From: Scyliorhinus canicula
Lineage: Eukaryota
NCBI RefSeq assembly: GCF_902713615.1
Contig: NC_052157.1
Coordinates: 2,294,001-2,358,000, forward strand
Direction of reading: 5' to 3'
Length of the DNA: 64,000 nucleotides
Shown: one piece after another, positions 36,707 to 48,819 of the stretch
Layout of the letters: each line of letters begins with the position of its first letter
Numbering within the stretch: position 1 is the first letter of the stretch
Translations under genes and position numbers: made by a program
The notes under the pieces: generated by a model
Seen by the model: only the letters and a program-made list of their open reading frames with translations
The model's database searches: none
What the model was told of the DNA's origin: nothing

Positions 36707-38201
36707 CAGGGGTTTATCTGCTTATCAATAACTAGCCAGGGGTGTATCTGGTTATCAATAACTAGCCAGGGATTTATCTGCTTATCAATAACTAGCCTGG
36801 GGTATATCTGGTTATCAATAACTAGCCAGGGATTTATCTGCTTATCAATAACTAGCCAGGGATTTATCTGCTTAGCAATAACTAGCCTGGGGTATATCTG
36901 GTTATCAATAACTAGCCAGGGATTTAGCTGCTTATCAATAACTAGCCTGGGTTTATCTGCTTATCAATAATTAGCCTGGGGTTTATCTGCTTATCAATAA
37001 CCAGCCGGGGTTTATCTGCTCATCAATAACTAGCCAGGGGTTTATCTGCTTATCAATAACTAGCCAGGGGTTTATCTGCTTATCAATAACTAGCAAGGGT
37101 TATATCTGATTATCAATAACTAGCCAGGGGTGTATCTGCTTATCAATAACTAGCAGGGGTTTATCTGCTTATCAATAACTAGCCAGGGGTTTACCTGCTT
37201 ATCAATAACTAGCCAGGGATTTATCTGCTTATCAATAACTAGCCTGGGGTTTATCTGCTTATCAATAACTAGCAGGGGTTTATCTGCTTATCAATAAGTA
37301 GCCTGGGATTTATCTGCTTATCAATAACTAGCCTGGGGTTTATCTGCTTATCAATAACTAGCAGGGGTTATATCTGGTTATCAATAACTAGCCTGGGTTT
37401 ATCTGCTTATCAATAACTAGCCAGGGGTTTATCTGCTTATCAATAACTAGCCTGGGATTTATCTGCTTATCAATAACTAGCGTGGGATTTATCTGCTTAT
37501 CAATAACTAGCCAGGGGTTTATCTGCTTATCAATAACTAGCCTGGGATTTATCTGCTTATCAATAACTAGCCTGGGGTTTATCTGCTTATCAATAACTAG
37601 CCTGGGATTTATCTGCTTATCAATAACTAGCAGGGGTTATATCTGGTTATCAATAACTAGCCTGGGATTTATCTGCTTATCAATAACTAGCCAGGGGTTA
37701 TATCTGGTTATCAATAACTAGCCTGGGGTTTATCTGCTTATCAATAACTAGCAGGGGTTATATCGTGTTATCAATAACAGCCGGGTTTTATCTGCTTATC
37801 AATAACTAGCCAGGGGTTTATCTGCTGTATCAATAACTAGCCAGGGGTTTATCTGCTTATCAATAACTAGCCAGGGGTATTATCTGCTTATCAATAACTA
37901 GCCAGGGGTTTATCTGCTTATCAATAACTAGCCAGGGGTTATCTGCTTATCAATAACTAGCCAGGGGGTTAGATCTGCTTATCAATAACTAGCCAGGGGT
38001 TTATCTGCTTATCAATACTAGCAGGGGTTATATCTGCTTATCAATAACTAGCCAGGGGTTTATCTGCCTTATCAATAACTAGCCTGGGGTTATATCTGGG
38101 TTATCATAACTAGCCTGGGATTTAATCTGCTTATCAATAACTAGCCAGGGGTTATATCTGGTTATCAATAACTAGCCAGGGTTTATCTGCTTATCAATAA
38201 C
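36707..38201. repeat. 29-30-bp minisatellite (GGGTTTATCTGCTTATCAATAACTAGCC[A/T]G), about 50 copies
   Basis: Seen directly. Confidence 0.97.
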
Positions 38202-38385
38202 CCGCTAGGCCGCAGCCCCGGTCCCCCGCCTAGGCCGCAGCCACGTTCCCCGGTCCCCCGCTAGGCCGCAGCCCCGGTCCCCCGCTAGCCGCAGCCCCGG
38301 TCCCCGCTAGGCCGCAGCCCCGGTCCCGGTCCCGGTCCCCCCGCTAGGCCGCAGCCCCGGTCATCCGCTAGGCCGCAGCGCCGGC
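38202..38385. repeat. GC-rich ~23-bp repeat (CCGCTAGGCCGCAGCCCCGGTCC)
   Basis: Seen directly, just inside BTBD1 intron 1. Confidence 0.85.
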
Positions 38386-38412
38386 CGCTCCCGTGGCCTC
38401 AGGGCCCCATAC

Positions 38413-38809
38413 CTGAGCAGTGCCAGGAAGGCGGCGGGCTCCACGTCGGGCAGCTCTATCTCGGCCGAGCTGGTGGCCATGCCGCCGTTGAACATGGCAT
38501 CAAAGACGGGCGCTGCCCACGGCCAGCACGAAGCGATGGGCAGGTAGGCGCCGGGCTTGGGCGGCCTTTCCCCACCGCGAAGTGGACGTCGCTCAGCAGC
38601 TCGTTATTAAACATGAAGGAGAATCGCTCCCGCACCGAGCGCTGCGCCGCCTGCCAGTTATACACCGGCGGCGGCGGGACTGCAGCCCGAGGCCCCGGTC
38701 CCGGCCCAGCGGCTGCCGGAGGCTCCGACACCGGCCTGGGGTCAACCCTCCCCGGCCCCACTCCCGGCCCCGGGCTGCCTCCGGCCGCCGTCTCCGCAGC
38801 CTCGGCCAT
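38413..38809 (-). CDS. BTBD1: BTBD1 coding exon 1 (two apparent +1 insertions)
   Basis: aaaATGGcc start; [11 protein letters not shown]...[29 protein letters not shown], then after frame corrections [43 protein letters not shown]; AG|gtatgg donor. Confidence 0.9.
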
Positions 38810-38874
38810 TTTAGCGCAGCTCAGCCCGGGGAGGAGCCGGAGCCGGGGCGCGGCCCGGGGAGGGGCCCGGCCCC

Positions 38875-41120
38875 CAAACCCCCCCCAAACTCCCCAACTC
38901 CCCCCCTCTCCATCACCCCCCCCAACTCCCTCACCCCCCCCCCCCAACTCCCCCCCATCACCCACCCCCCCCCCCAACTCCTCACCCCCCCACTCCCTCA
39001 CCCCCACCCCCCACAACTCCCAAACCCCCCCCCCAACTCCCCAACTCCCCTCCTCCATCACCCACCCCACCCCAACTCCCCCCATCACCCACCCCCCTCA
39101 CCCCCCCCCCCCCATCTCCCCCCCTCTCCATCACCCCCCCAACCCCCCCCTCCCCCCCCCAAACTCCCTCACCCCCCCCAACTCCCCCTCGCCATCACCC
39201 CCCCCCAACTCCCCCTCGCCATCACCCCCCCAACTCCCCCCCACCCCCCAAACTCCCTCACCCCCCAACTCCCTCACCCCCCCAACTCCCCCTCGCCATC
39301 ACCCCCCCCCAACTCCCCCCCACCCCCCAAACTCCCTCACCCCCCAACTCCCCCTCTCCATCACCCACCCCCCAACTCCCTCACCCCCCCCAACTCCCCC
39401 TCTCCATCACCCACCCCCCCAACTCCCCCTCTCCATCCCCCCAAACTCCCCAACTCCCTCACCCCCCCAAAACTCCCCCTCGCCATCACCCACCCCCCAA
39501 CTCCCCCTCTCCATCCCCCCTCACCCCTCCCACTCCTCACTCTCCCCCCCAACTCCCTCACCCCCCCAAACTCCCCCTCTCCATCACCCCCCCCACCAAA
39601 CCCCCCCAACTCCCTCACCCCCTCCCCAACTCCCCCTCTCCCCATCACCCACCCCCCCCACCAAACCCTCACCCCCCAACTCCCTCCCTCACTCCCCCTC
39701 TCACCCCCCAAACTCCCCCTCTCCATCACCCACCCCCCCAACTCCCTCATCCCCCCCCAAACTCCCCCTCTCCATCACCCACCCCCCCCCAACTTCCCCC
39801 CCCCCCAACTCCCCCTCTCCACCCCCCCTCACCCCCCCCCCCAACTCCCTCACTCCCCCCAACACCCTCACCCCCCCCAAACTCCCCCTCTCCATCACCC
39901 ACCCCCCACCAAACCCTCACCCCCCCAACTCCCTCCCTCACTCCCCCTCTCACCCCCCAAATTACCCCTCTCCATCCCCCCCACCCCCAACTCCCTCATC
40001 CCCCCAACTCCCCTCGCCACCCCCCACCAAACCATCACACCCCCCCAACTCCATCACCCCCCCAACTACCCCCTCACCCCCCCAACTCCCTCCCTCACTC
40101 CCCCTCTCACCCCCCTCACCCCCCCCCCAACTACCCCCTCAACCCCCAACTACCCCCTTACCCCCCCCAACTACCCCCCTCACCACCCTCACCCCCCAAC
40201 TACCCCCTCACCCCCCCACAAAACCCTCACTCCCCCTCCTCACCCCCCCCCAACTACCCCCTCTCCCCCAACCCCCCCCAAACCACCCTCTCCCCCAAAC
40301 CCCCCCTCTCTCCCCCTCTCACCCCCCCAACTGCCCCCCCCCTCACCCCCCAACTCCCCCCTCACCCCCCCAACTCCATCACCCCCCAAACCCCGGGGAG
40401 GAGCCTGCGGCCCGGGGAGGAGCCCAGCCCCATCACCCCTCCTGAACCCCCCCCCCCCCATAACTCCAACCCCCCCCTCACCCCCCCAACACCATCACCC
40501 CCAAACCCCGGGGAAGGAGCCCGGCCCCCCTCTCCCCCCCCCCCCCCCCCCATCACACCCCCCCCCCCCCCATCACCCCACCCCGTCACAGCCCGGGGAG
40601 GAGCCCAGCCCCCTCACCCCCCTCACCGCCCCCAAACTACCCTCCCCCAACCCCATCACCCCCCCAACCCCATCACCCCCTCCCAAACTCACCCCCCCCC
40701 CCCCAACCCCATCACCCACCAAACCCCGGGGAAGAGCCCAGCCCCCTCCCCCCATAACGCCCCCACCCCCTCTCCCCCAACCCCCACCCCTCTCCCCCCC
40801 ATGACCCCACAATCCCCCTCACACACCCCACCCCAAATCCCCCTCCTCCCAACCCCATCACCCCCCAACTCACGGGGAGGAGCCCGGCCCCCTCCCCCAT
40901 CACCCCCTCCCCCAAAACCCCAGGGAGGAGCCCCACCCCCCAAACTCAACCCCCCAACTCACCCACCCCCCAATTTACCCAAATCCCCGCAAACTCACAC
41001 CCCTAAACTCACCCGAACCGCCCAAACTGTCATCTCCCAAACTCACCCCCCAGAAACTCACCCTCCCCAAACTCATTCCCCAATCCATCGTCGCCACCCC
41101 CCTCCCCCAAAACACCCCCC
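38875..41120. repeat. 2.2-kb C-rich low-complexity tract (G-rich on the BTBD1 sense strand)
   Basis: Units such as CCCCCAACTCCCTCA and CCATCACCC; the long Pro-rich ORFs here are artefacts. Confidence 0.9.
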
Positions 41121-43750
41121 GAAGGTAATTTGGACATTCAGAATTCTCCCTCAGTTTGTCCGAACAGGCGTCGGAGTGTGATGATTGGGGGATTTTTAAA
41201 GTAACTTAATTGCAGTGTTAATGTAACCTACTTATGACAATAATAAAGATTATTATTTTGTGCCCATGTTGCTAGTGTTCCTTTTTATTCCATGAACTCT
41301 AACTTTGCTCTCATTTGCTAACTTTGTCTGTTGTGTGGCTCTGTATCAAACACCTTTGGTAGTCCACGTATACCACATCAGCAACATTGTCCTCATCTAC
41401 CCTCGGTTACCTCATGAAAAATATCCAGGAAGTTAGTTAAACACATCTTGCCCCAGGTTACTGTCCTGTGGAGCTTGCACATTCTCTCCGTGTCTGCGTG
41501 GGTCTCACCCCCACAACCCCACGATGTTCAGGATAGGCGCATTGTCCACACTAAATTGCCCCTTAATTGGAGAAAGAAAATGAACTGAAAAATGAAAATC
41601 ACTTATTGTCACAAGTAGGCTTCAAATTAAGTTACTGTGAAAAGCCCCTAGTCGCCACATTCCGGCGCCTGTTCGGGGAGGCTGGTACGGGAATTGAACC
41701 GTGCTGCTGGCCTGCCTTGGTCTGCTTTAAAAGCCAGTCATAGAGCCCTGTGCTAAACCAGCCCCTAATTGTGTAATTTAAATTAAAAAACACAACTTTC
41801 CTTGAACTAATCTGTGCTGACTTTCCATAATTAATCCCCATGTGACTATTAATTTTGACACTGAGGGCAATTTATCGTTGCCAATCCACTTAACCTGCAC
41901 ATCTTTGGACTTGTGGGAGGAAACCGGAGCACCCGGAGGAAACCCACGCAGACACAGGGAGAACGTGCAGACTCCGCACAGACAGTGACCTAAGCCGGGA
42001 ATCGAACCTGGGACCCTGGAGCTGTGAAGCAATTGTGCTAACCACAATGCTACCGTGCTGCCCGCACCACAATGCTACCGTGCTGCCCGCTTATGTAAGC
42101 CTACTTGTGACAATAAAGATTATTATTATAAGCACAGTTTATCTTAATGTCTTATCTCTTCCATCATCCAGAGAGCTCTGGTTTGTTTGCCATCCCTTTC
42201 CTTTTTGAGGGAATATACCTTTACTGTGCCCAAACTATCTCTGAAGGTAGCCCATTGCTCAGCCACCGCCTTTCCTGCCAACTTTTAATTCCCATTTATT
42301 TGCCCCAGATCCATTTTTACCACACGGAAAAGTAGGCTTTTCTCCCATTAATTATTCTAACTCTAAAGTTCCTTTTCCATGGCCAACCTGCACCTTATAA
42401 TACAATGATCACCGTTCCCTAAATGTTCTTCCACTAGTGGTCCACTTGGCCCAAGAACCAGGCCCAGCAGTTCCTCCTTTGGCATTGGACTGTAAGCATA
42501 ATGCTGCAGAAACGTTTACTGAACACACATTCTTTCTCCTCTCTGCCCTTAACACTACTACTATCCCAGTTTATATCCAGATAATTAAAGATCTGCATTA
42601 TAACTACTCTATAATTCTTGCACCTCCTAATTTCCTTGCAAATTTGTTCCTGTATATTCATTCCACTAGTTGGTGGCCTATAGACCACACCGAACAATTT
42701 GATTGCACCTTTTTTGTTCCTTATCTCAAGTCACCATGGGCCTCTCACACCCACAAGCCAAAACGATGTGCAGGGTAGGTGGATTGGCCACGCTAAATTG
42801 CCCCTTAATTGGAAAAAATAAATAATTGGGTACTCAGAATTTTAAAAAAAACTGATGTATTAGTTTCTCCCTAACTCTGACCCAAACTAATAACTTACTA
42901 TTCCCTCCTGTAACACTATCTATCTGTCCCACCTTGGATTTCTTCTCTGACATTTCCTCCTTGTTCCAACACCCCTGCCAAGTTAATTTAAACCCTCCCT
43001 AACAGCACTAGCAAATCACCCTGCAAGGAACTCAGTCCTGGCATTATTCAAGTGAAATCTGTTTGGCCAGCCCCAATGTCCCAGGAATCGAAAGCCCTCC
43101 CTCCTGAACCATCCTTCCAGTAACACATTCATCTGCTTTATCCTCCTATTTTTATACTCATCTGCACGTGGTGCTTGGAGTAATCCGGAGATTACATCAG
43201 TAGTAGGTAAAGTATTAGAGAGAATTCTCAGGGACAGGATTTATAAACATTTGGAAACAAATGGACTCATAAGCAATAGACAGCATGGTTTTGTGAAGGG
43301 GGGGTTTGTGCCTCACTAACTTGTTTGAGTTTTTTGAGGGGGTAACAATAATAATAATAATCTTTATTGTCACTAGAACATAGACAATATAGTGCAGAAG
43401 GAGGCCATTCGGCCCATCGAGTCTGCACCGACCCACCCAAGCCCTCACTTCCACCCTCTCCCTGTAACCCAATAACCCTCCTAACCTTTTTGGTCCTAAG
43501 GGCAATTTATCATGGCCAATCCACCTAACCTGCACGTCTTTGGACTGTGGGAGGAAACCGGAGCACCCAGAGGAAACCACGCAGACACGGGGAGAACGTG
43601 TAGACTCCGCACAGACAGTGACCCAGCAGGGAATCGAACCTGGGACACTGGCGCTGTGAAGCCACAGTGCTATCCACTTGTGCTACCGTGCTGCCCACTA
43701 GCAGGCTTACATTATCACTGCAATGATGTTACTGTGAAAAGCCCCTAGTC

Positions 43751-44540
43751 ATAAGAACATAGGAACTAGGAGCAGGAGTAGGCCATCTGGCCCCTCGAGC
43801 CTGCTCCGCCATTCAATGAGATCATGGCGGATCTTTTGTGGACTCAGCTCCACTTTCTGGCCCGAACACCATAACCCTTAATCCCTTTGCTCTTCAAAAA
43901 ACTATCTATCTTTACCTTAAAAACATTTAATGAAGGAGCCTCAACTGCTTCTCTGGGCAAGGAATTCCTGAGATTCACAACCCTTTGGGTGAAGATGTTT
44001 CTCCTAAAGTCAGTCCTAAATCTACTTCCCCTTATTTTGAGGCTATGCCCCCTAGTTCTGCTTTCACCCGCCAGTGGAAACAACCTGCCCGCATCTATCC
44101 TATCTATTCCCTTCATAATTTTAAATGTTTCGATAAGATCCCCCCTCATCCTTCTAAATTCCAACGAGTACAGTCGCAGTCTACTCAACCTCTCCTCGTA
44201 ATCCAACCCCTTCAGCTCTGGGATTAACCTAGTGAATATCCTCTGCACACCCTCCAGCGCCAGTACGTCCTTTCTCAGGTAAGGAGACCAAAACTGAACA
44301 CAATACTCCAGGTGTGGCCGCACTAACACCTTATACAATTGCAGCATAACCTCCCTAGTCTTAAACTCCATCCCTCTAGCAATGAAGGACAAAATTCCAT
44401 TTGCCTTCTTAATCACCTGTTGCACCTGTGAACCAACTCTGGGTGACCCATGCACTAGCACACCCAGGTCTCTCTGAACAGCGGCATGCTTTAATATTTT
44501 ATCATTTAAATAATAATCCTGTTTGCTGTTATTCCTACCA
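43751..44540 (-). mobile_element. 5'-truncated CR1 LINE, well preserved
   Basis: QRDLGVLVH...RPHLEYCVQFWSPYLRKD...RTRGHSLKI; 3' tail ctagttcctatgttcttatg. Confidence 0.9.
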
Positions 44541-44689
44541 ATAATGAAGATTATAAACGCGGGGCTGTGTCTATGAGAGGATGATAAAGACATAATTCTG
44601 TTTAGATCCCAATAATGTTTCACTGGGATTTCCGGAAATGCATCATTAATTCCGGGAGACTCCAGGGCAGTCCGGGAGGGTTGGGAACC

Positions 44690-44960
44690 ACCTGTCTGCC
44701 CGGCTTGCGCACGCGCCGCGGGAGGGGCGGCCCGGGTCTCGCGCGCACGCTCCGCGGGACGGGCGGCGCGGGTCACGCGCACGTCAGCGTGCAGACTGTT
44801 CCAGCAAAGGCGCCGAGCCGCCCGCCCGCTTGCGCGCCGGGAGCTCAGTGACCGCGAGCCGCAGCTGAGGGAGGCCGGAGCCGGGGATGGAGCAGCCGCG
44901 CCAGGAGCAGCCTGAAGGCAGCCCGAGGCCGGGGATGGAGCAGCCGCGCCGGGAGCCGGG
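44690..44960 (+). promoter_or_regulatory. CpG-island promoter of HACD3 with NRF1 and GC-box motifs
   Basis: TGCGCACGCGC at 44706-44716, GGGGCGG, cacgtca and dense CpG upstream of the ATG. Confidence 0.65.
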
Positions 44961-45039
44961 CCGGAGCCTCACTCCCCATGTGTACTGGGCACAGAGACAC
45001 AGCGAACTGTACCTGAGGGTGGACCTGAGCGGAGTACAG
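44887..45039 (+). CDS. HACD3: HACD3 (PTPLAD1, very-long-chain 3-hydroxyacyl-CoA dehydratase 3) coding exon 1
   Basis: LTPHVYWAQRHSELYLRVDLSGVQ matches the recalled human LTPHVYWAQRHRELYLRVELSDVQ (CS/p23 domain); CAG|gtggga donor. Alternative in-frame ATG at 44935. Confidence 0.9.
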
Positions 45040-45041
45040 GT

Positions 45042-45662
45042 GGGACTGGGAACACCGGGACTGGGAACACCGGGACCTGGAATACAGGGACAGGGAACAC
45101 CGGGACTGGGAAGATCGGGAACACCGGGACTGGGAAGGTCGGGAACACCGGGACTGGGAAGGTCGGGAACACCGGGACTGGGAAGGTCGGGAACACCGGG
45201 ACTGGGATTACTGGGACTGGGAAGACTGGGCACACCGGGACCGGGAACACCGGGACTGGGATTACTGGGACTGGGAAGACTGGGCACACCGGGACCGGGA
45301 ACAACGGGACTTGAAATACCAGGAACACTGGGACTGGGAATACCGGGAACACTGGGACTGGGAATACCGGGACTGGGAACAGCGGGACTCGAAAACTGGG
45401 ATTGGGAATTCCAAGACTGGGAACACCGGGATTGGGAACACCAGGATTGGGAATAGCGAGACTGGGAATACTGAGACTGGGAACACCGGGTTTGGGAATA
45501 CCGCACTGGGAATACTGCGACTGGAAATAGAGACTGGGAGTACCGGAATTTGGACTGGGGGGACAGCGAATGCTCGGACTGTGAACACGAAGACTGTGAA
45601 CACCAGGACTGCGTACAGAAGGACCAGGAACACCGGGATTGGGAATGCTGGGACTGGGAATG
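45042..45662. repeat. GGGAACACCGGGACT-based tandem repeat at the start of HACD3 intron 1
   Basis: Seen directly; degenerates with distance from the exon. Confidence 0.9.
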
Positions 45663-48600
45663 GGGCTAGGGAATGTGAATGCAAGTATGTTTTTATTTTT
45701 TCATGGAATGTCGATGCCCCTGGTTCGACGAGCATTTATTGCCCACACCCAGTGCCCTTCAGAAGGTGTTGGTAAGCGGCCTTCCGGAACTGCTGCTGTC
45801 CTTGAGGTGTAGGTACACCCACTGTGCTGTTAGGAAAGGAGTTCCAGGATGTTGCCCCAGCGACAGTGAAGGAACAGTGATATATTTCCAAGTGAGGATG
45901 ATGAGTGACTTGGAGGGGAACCTCCAGGTGGTGGGGTTCCCAGGTATCTGCTGCTCTTGTCCTTCTAGACAGGAGTGGTCGTGGGTTTGGAAGGTGCTGT
46001 TTAAAAAACCTTGTTGAGTTCATATATCATAGAATTTACAGTGCCGAAGGAGGCCATTCAGCCTGTCGAGTCTGCACCGGCCCTTAGAAAGAGCACCCTA
46101 CCCAAGCCCACACCTCCACTCTATCTCCATAACCCAGAAACCCTACCCAACCTGTTTGGACACTAAGGGCAATTTAGCATGGCCAATCCACCTAACCTGC
46201 ACATCTTTGGACTGTGGGAGGAAACCGGAGCACCCGGAGGAAACCCACACAGGCGCAGTGAGAACGTGCAGACTCCACACAGACAGTGAGCCAAGCTGGG
46301 AATCAAAACTGGGACCCTGGAGCTGTGAAGCAACTGTGCTAACCACTGTGCTACCGTGCTGCCCCGTTACTGCAGTGCATCTTGTAGATGGTACACATGG
46401 CTGCCACTATTCGTTGATGGTGGAGGATTTAAATGTTTGTGGAAGGGGGAACAATCAAGCGGGCTGCTGTGTCCTAGATGGTGTTGAGCTTCTTGAGTGT
46501 TGTTATCAGTGTCAGAAGTAGGCTTACATTAACATTGCAATGAAGTTATTGTGAAAAGCCCCTGGTCGCCACATTCCGGCGTCTGTTCGTGTACACAGAG
46601 GGAGAATTCAGAATGTCCAACTCGCCTCACAAGCCCGTCTTTCGGGACAGTGGGAGGAATCCGGAGCACCCGGAGGAAACTCACACAGACACGGGGAGAA
46701 CGTGCAGACTCCGCACAGATAGTGACCCAAGCCAGGAATCGAACCTGGGACCCTGGCGCTGTGAAGCAACAGTGCTACCAGGCAAGTGGAGAGTGTTCCA
46801 TTACACTCCTGACTTGTGCCACTAGATGGTGGGCAAGCTTTGGGGAGTCAGAAGATAGTTATTCGCCATAGGATTCCCAGCTCTGACCTGGTCTTGAATC
46901 CGCAGTATTTATACGGCCGGTCCAGTTTCAGTGACCCCCCCCCGGGATGTTGATAGTGGGGGATTCAGCAATGGCTGGGAATGGGGGCTCAATGATTGGG
47001 AATGAGATGTCAGGATTTGGGAATAGGAACTGTTAGAAGAGGAGTGAGTGAGTTGTAAGGGATGACTTGGGAATGACATTGGAGCAGTCGAGTGGTAGAT
47101 TTGAAAAGAGCTGGATCCATCAAGTGAACATTTACAATCCTGAACTGGTATTAGTGTCATACGGTTTTACAGTGCAAAAAGAGGCTTTTAGATCCATTCT
47201 GTCTGCACTGGCCATCAAGCACCTATCTATTCTAATCCTATTTTTCAGCACTTGGTCCGTATTAAAATGAACTATTGGAATGGGTTAGGAATTAGATGAG
47301 AAGTGTCAGATATTGGGATTGGAAAGGTACCCGAGCTGTCAGGTCGTGAATATGGTAAAGAAATGGGAACAATCAAGAATAGGAACATGGAAGGGTTAGG
47401 AGACAGAGAAGGCCATTCAGCCTTGTCTGTGCCACTCTCTGCAAGAGAAACTTGCTCATTCCCAATCTCCTACTTTTTCCCTGTGGAATTGTCAAGATTT
47501 GGAAATTGTGTGAAGAATGCGAGCAGTCTGGATATGGACATGCTTTGTAATCATCCTGGTTGGTTTGACAGATGCGAATGAAATGATTGGGTGAGAGCTG
47601 GTGAGTTGGATTGAAGGAGGGGGCCGAGTTCTGAGGTGCGACGGGTTGTATTACTGATAAAATGAAGGAGGCGATTATCCTTGCAGTGCCCGATAGAATT
47701 GCAGCTCCAGCTGCAGTTGATGAATAATATATTGTGTGATGCACAGAGTAAAATAGCTTTACAAATTGGCAATGTGCATGCCATTTCTGTAATGGTGTGG
47801 AGGTGGCTGATGTTTGGGGCACTGAATTTGCTGATGACATAAAGTAATGTACAGATGACTAAGGAAGATTGATGGGATTTGGACCTTTTCAATTGAAGAG
47901 CTAAAGAATGGGAGACTAATTTTAATCTAAAGTTAATCTGATGCATTTTGGAATATCAAATATGGGACATAGACAGTGAGAGCCTTCCATTAGTGAATGT
48001 GGGAAAAGAGGAAGAGTGACATTATTGAACATTTGCTGCAAGTATCTAGTGAAAAGTATTATTGACAATGCTATCAAACTGGGCTGTACTGGACTGGGAT
48101 GTGTCACCATGATGTTTGTCTACAAGTCCATTGTGTTTTGGTCCCTATGTTTATCTCTGCTCGTACCTAAATTGTGACTATACACATCATTGTTTGCTCT
48201 TCAAATTATTATGTCCAATTGCATACACTCAAAATGATGCATGAAGAAGGTGAGAGAACCGTGAGAAGGATTATTAGATATAAGCATCAATAATAATCTT
48301 TATTAGTGTCACAAGTAGGCTTACATTAACACTGCAATGAAGTTACTGTGAAAATCCCCTAGTTGCCACACTCCGGCGCCTGTTCGGGTACACTGAGAGA
48401 GAATTCAGAATGTCCAATTCACCTCACAAGCATGTCTTTCGGGACTTGTGGGAGGAAACCGGAGCACCCGGAGGAAACCCACGCAGACACGGGGAGAACA
48501 TGCAGACTCCGCACAGACAGTGACCCAAGCCGGGAATCGAACCCGGGTCCCTGCCGCTGTGAAGCAACAGTGCTAACAACCGTGCTACCGTCCCACCCAT

Positions 48601-48819
48601 GAATTAGTAAACAGGAGAAACTTTATTACTCTGGTTGGAATGGGTGATTGAGAGTTAGTGATTTAAACAGAAATCGGGACAATGTTTGAGAATGGGTTGG
48701 ATAGGTGTTTGAATGAAAGTGGAGTAAAGGGGTATGGGAGCACATAGGCACACAGGATTCGAACTGCCGCTCTCACGGCTCCAGCAAAACAATCTGCTTC
48801 TATGTTGGTAATTCTGACA

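Noticed and set aside
38582-40804. 740-aa and 610-aa proline-rich ORFs
   Set aside because: They are translations of C-rich low-complexity DNA that cannot form stop codons; antisense to BTBD1, with no domain content.
45040-45456. Collagen-like or Gly-rich extension of the HACD3 ORF (GLGTPGLG...)
   Set aside because: Lies past the exon 1 donor at 45040; homology resumes at exon 2 (59820), so this is intronic repeat.
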